Source: an uncultured SAR86 cluster bacterium (lineage in GTDB: Bacteria; Pseudomonadota; Gammaproteobacteria; Magnimaribacterales; D2472). From it: 64,000 bases of DNA. Each line of letters opens with the position of its first letter. Positions within the stretch are counted from its first letter, which is position 1. Both the position numbers and the translations under genes were made by a program. The notes below the pieces were generated by a model. It worked only from the letters and a program-made list of their open reading frames with translations, had not been told where the DNA came from and did no database searches. The DNA lies in the NCBI GenBank assembly GCA_902509965.1, contig CABWZP010000004.1, positions 165 to 64,164 of the forward strand, read 5' to 3'. Below, piece by piece: positions 60,683 to 64,000 of this stretch.

Positions 60683-63019
60683 ATGAAAAAAACACGATTA
60701 GCTGCTATGTCAGTAATATTATTGTTAGCATTTAATCTTAATGCTCAAAGTAATAATTCAGAGCTAGTCACAATAAATAAATCATTTAATGCAACAACTT
60801 GTCTTATTTATAATCCAGATACAGGAATAATAATCAAGGATGCAGATATTAGTATTGAAGCTGACTCACTGAGATTTAGTGATAATCAAGCCATTAGCCT
60901 CAATGACAACGTAAAAATTGATTTTCCAGGTGGTCTTCTGAGTTCTTCTAATGCACTAATTGGAGCTTCTAAAGAGTTAATAGAATTTAAAAAAGATACT
61001 ACTTTATCTCTTGAGCAGATACTTCTAAAAGGTGACGAGGGATTTTTCAACAGAGCAAATGATGCAGTTGAAATGGAAAATGGCAACATCTTTTTATCTT
61101 CAAGAGGTTTAAATATTGATTTTAAGTCATTAAGAGGATCTTTAAGTGACGAGTTGAAAATTGAAGAGCCTAAGATTACTTCCTGCGCAGATTCAAAGAC
61201 TGGTTGGCTTATTAGAGCTGATGATTTGGTATTAAATAATAAAACTTTTAGAGGTTTTGCTAGAAACCTTACTCTAGAACTGGGTGGTACTAAAGTATTG
61301 AAAGCACCCTATCTACCTTTTGCAACAACAAGTGAGAGATTATCAGGCTTCCTTGAGCCTTCTATCTCATCATCTTCTGATGGTGTTGATTTTTCTATTC
61401 CTTACTTTGCAATATTATCAGGCCATTCAGATATTACACTGAGCGCAAGAAATATTGCTGAAAGAGGTTCTGGTATAGAGCTAAATTATCGTTACATTAA
61501 AGAGCATACTAAGAATAATGTTGATGCTTTATACTTTAATAACGATAAAGAATTGCAGAAAAATTTCCCTGAACTAGCAGATTCAAGATGGGCTTATAAA
61601 ATTCAAGACTCTTTGATGCTTAACAAAGCTTCGGGAATTAATTTTGGAGAGATTGTAATTAATTGGGCCGAAGCTTCGGATGCTATGGTTTTAAGAGATA
61701 TTCCAGGGGAAATTACTTCAGTTGGGTTACAACGCGATCATTATTTAAATCAAAATATTACAATAAGTTCACGTTTTAATAACTTGGCAATGGAAGTTGA
61801 GTATCAAGGCTTTCAATCTTTAAATCCTCTATTATCAAATGGTTACAAGAAATCACCTGCAATTAATTTTAGTTTCAATAAAACATTTGATTCTATAGAT
61901 ATTAAACAAAAGCTAAATATTGCTACTTTTAAAGCAAGCAGCCTGCATGAATTTTTTGGAGCTTCATCAGAAATGGGAAGATATCTAAATTCTATTGAGG
62001 ATCCAATTGAAGGAAGGCGAACTTTTGCAGACATAACCATATCTAAAATCTTTGATAAAGAATTTATTAAAATTAAAGCCGCCATAGGTGTTAAAAGTTT
62101 AAGTTATGATCTGCAAAATGCATCGATTCAAAATAATAATATAAATAGCCCTAATCTAGAAATTGATATCAGTAGCATTTTTGTAAAAATGAATTCTGAT
62201 GGAATGTCTTTTATCCAACCTAGAATAGTCTTAGGTTATTCAGAATATAAGGATCAAACTGGTAATCCAGTATTTGATAGCAATATCTTGGCTTATAACA
62301 ATCAAGTTTTTTCTAATGATCGTTTTTCAGGAATGGATAGAATTGCTGACAACAATTCTCATAGTGTGGGTTTTACATATAAATTAAGGAGGTCTAGTCG
62401 AGATATATTTAAATTTAGTCTTGCCAAAAAATATAATCATTCTGAAAACAAGGTATATCTAACCTCAATGCCTCCCATGATGAATAATAAGAATAAATTT
62501 TTTATGTCTTCAATGTGGATGCCTGATATGAATAATTCATTCAAGATATATGGAGGCTACGACACAAAAGATAATGAACTTCATATTGGAGGGATAAATT
62601 TTATGACAAAGTCATCAATAGGAACTCTTGGAGTTGCTAAAAGATACAGAAGAAGCGCTGGTGACTTTAAACAAACTCTTAATTATTCTGAAATATTTGC
62701 TGCAATAAATCTTAGAAAAGGCTTTAAAATTATTGGTAAATTACAACAAGATGATGAGTATGATATTAAGGTAGAGAGCATGCTTGGAGTCGAATATGAG
62801 AACTGTTGTGTGGCTTTTAGAGTGATAGCGAGTGATAAAAATCTTACTAAATATAATGATCTTTACAATTCAAACTATACATACCTAAATGATGCATGGG
62901 ACAATATGATAAATATTGAAAACAAAAGTAGAATTAACTTTGAATTTGAGCTTAAGGGGTTTAATTCATCAATAAATAAAATAGATAAGCTGCTTCAAAA
63001 TTCAATACTTAATTACTAG
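60683..63019 (+). CDS. lptD: LPS-assembly outer-membrane protein
   Basis: Signal peptide, OstA-like N-terminal domain, a large beta-barrel and the conserved CC pair near the C-terminus (YENCCVAFRV). Lies upstream of surA. Confidence 0.85.
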   Translation: MKKTRLAAMSVILLLAFNLNAQSNNSELVTINKSFNATTCLIYNPDTGIIIKDADISIEADSLRFSDNQAISLNDNVKIDFPGGLLSSSNALIGASKELIEFKKDTTLSLEQILLKGDEGFFNRANDAVEMENGNIFLSSRGLNIDFKSLRGSLSDELKIEEPKITSCADSKTGWLIRADDLVLNNKTFRGFARNLTLELGGTKVLKAPYLPFATTSERLSGFLEPSISSSSDGVDFSIPYFAILSGHSDITLSARNIAERGSGIELNYRYIKEHTKNNVDALYFNNDKELQKNFPELADSRWAYKIQDSLMLNKASGINFGEIVINWAEASDAMVLRDIPGEITSVGLQRDHYLNQNITISSRFNNLAMEVEYQGFQSLNPLLSNGYKKSPAINFSFNKTFDSIDIKQKLNIATFKASSLHEFFGASSEMGRYLNSIEDPIEGRRTFADITISKIFDKEFIKIKAAIGVKSLSYDLQNASIQNNNINSPNLEIDISSIFVKMNSDGMSFIQPRIVLGYSEYKDQTGNPVFDSNILAYNNQVFSNDRFSGMDRIADNNSHSVGFTYKLRRSSRDIFKFSLAKKYNHSENKVYLTSMPPMMNNKNKFFMSSMWMPDMNNSFKIYGGYDTKDNELHIGGINFMTKSSIGTLGVAKRYRRSAGDFKQTLNYSEIFAAINLRKGFKIIGKLQQDDEYDIKVESMLGVEYENCCVAFRVIASDKNLTKYNDLYNSNYTYLNDAWDNMINIENKSRINFEFELKGFNSSINKIDKLLQNSILNY

Positions 63020-63027
63020 GAAATTTT

Positions 63028-64000
63028 ATGAAAAAACTAACAATATTCTCATTACTGATTGCGCTCCCTTCTATCCTGCTTGCGAGAGTAGAAATATTAG
63101 ATAGAGTGGCTGTTATTGTTGATGATGGATTAATCATGGAGTCGCAAATCATACAAAGTATTTCAGAAATCAAGCTGAATATGCAGGCGCAAAATATGCC
63201 CATACCACCAGCAGATGAAATGCGCGAACAGGTAATTGAAAGATTGATTATAGAAGAGCTGCAATTACAACTTGGAGATTTATATGGAATAAGAATAAGT
63301 GACGGAGAACTTAATCAGACTTTCAATACCATTGCTTCTAATAATCAACTCTCACTTGAAGATTTTATATTAACTATAAAAGAAGCCGGGCAATCATATG
63401 AATCATTAAGAGAAAAGATTAGAAATGACATGATCATCCAAAGAGTTCAAAGAGGTAAAGTTGGAAATGAGATAAATATTACAGAGCAAGAGTTTGAAAG
63501 CTTTATGATGACTGATCCATCTGTAGCTCAAATAAGACCAGAATTGTCTGTAAGACAAATACTTGTGAAGACAGAAAAAAATGCTCAAGCTGTTCTTAGA
63601 AGGCTAGAAGCTGATGAAAGTTTTGAAGCAATTGCAAAGGAGATTTCTCTTGCAAGCAACGCCTCCTCCGGCGGTTTAATGCCATGGAGAAAAATTGCTG
63701 ATATGCCAAAACTATTTGGCACTGCTTTAGAAGAAGAAGTTGTTGGAACAATAAGTGATCCTATTTCAACAGGATCAGGATTCCATATTCTTAAGATTGA
63801 AGAAAAAAGAGGTCCCTTTGTTAAATATGAGAATCAGTGGAATGTGAGACATATTCTTCTTATGCCTACTGCAATTAGAGATCTCAATGCTACATTAAAT
63901 GAGATTGAGGATATTCGTAATCGAGTTTTAGCAGGAGAAGATTTTGGTGAGCTAGCAAAAGAATTTTCTGAGGATGAGGGTTCTGCCTTAAATGGTGGAG
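63028..64000 (+). CDS. surA: periplasmic chaperone/PPIase SurA (3' end outside window)
   Basis: This ORF is not in the supplied track because it runs off the window. My own translation gives MKKLTIFSLLIALPSILLARVEILDRVAVIVDDGLIMESQI... followed by a parvulin-type domain (GGLMPWRKIADMPKLF, GFHILKIEEKRG). Confidence 0.85.
   Translation, partial: MKKLTIFSLLIALPSILLARVEILDRVAVIVDDGLIMESQIIQSISEIKLNMQAQNMPIPPADEMREQVIERLIIEELQLQLGDLYGIRISDGELNQTFNTIASNNQLSLEDFILTIKEAGQSYESLREKIRNDMIIQRVQRGKVGNEINITEQEFESFMMTDPSVAQIRPELSVRQILVKTEKNAQAVLRRLEADESFEAIAKEISLASNASSGGLMPWRKIADMPKLFGTALEEEVVGTISDPISTGSGFHILKIEEKRGPFVKYENQWNVRHILLMPTAIRDLNATLNEIEDIRNRVLAGEDFGELAKEFSEDEGSALNGG

Overview
The window is a visibly AT-rich, very gene-dense chromosomal segment. 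By eye it is roughly one-third G+C; I did not compute this. Gene content and synteny look gammaproteobacterial: rpoD-dnaG, gshB-tonB-like-ruvX, fis-purH-purD, trpEGDC, amgK-murU next to lptD-surA, and coq7. Small intergenic spacers, overlapping gene ends and two TonB-dependent receptors suggest a streamlined marine heterotroph; that is inference only.

The left ~41 kb is the accessory-like part:
- a metal and oxidative-stress cluster (katG, Ni-SOD sodN/sodX, mntR, a DUF411 CopG-like gene, a DUF305-LVIVD protein)
- a Fur-controlled TonB receptor
- a TonB-receptor/GH3/GPH-transporter carbohydrate locus
- a one-carbon demethylation pair (a GcvT-family gene plus a DMGDH-like gene)
- two tRNAs

The right ~23 kb is core housekeeping. 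I saw no CRISPR array, IS element, integrase, prophage or recognisable defence system.

The observations most worth follow-up are:
1. An orphan Fur-box promoter in front of a structured ~125-nt non-coding region between convergent genes, which is a candidate iron-responsive sRNA.
2. An MntR-type operator inside the promoter of a tandem DUF2061-like membrane protein, which makes it a candidate manganese transporter.
3. Two genes (an LhgO-like FAD oxidoreductase and sodX) whose essential N-terminal motifs lie upstream of any ATG/GTG/TTG, implying AUC/AUU initiation.
4. A 29-bp exact copy of part of tRNA-Ile2(CAU) that brackets a single marC gene.

All functional calls rest on motif recognition by eye, not on database searches.
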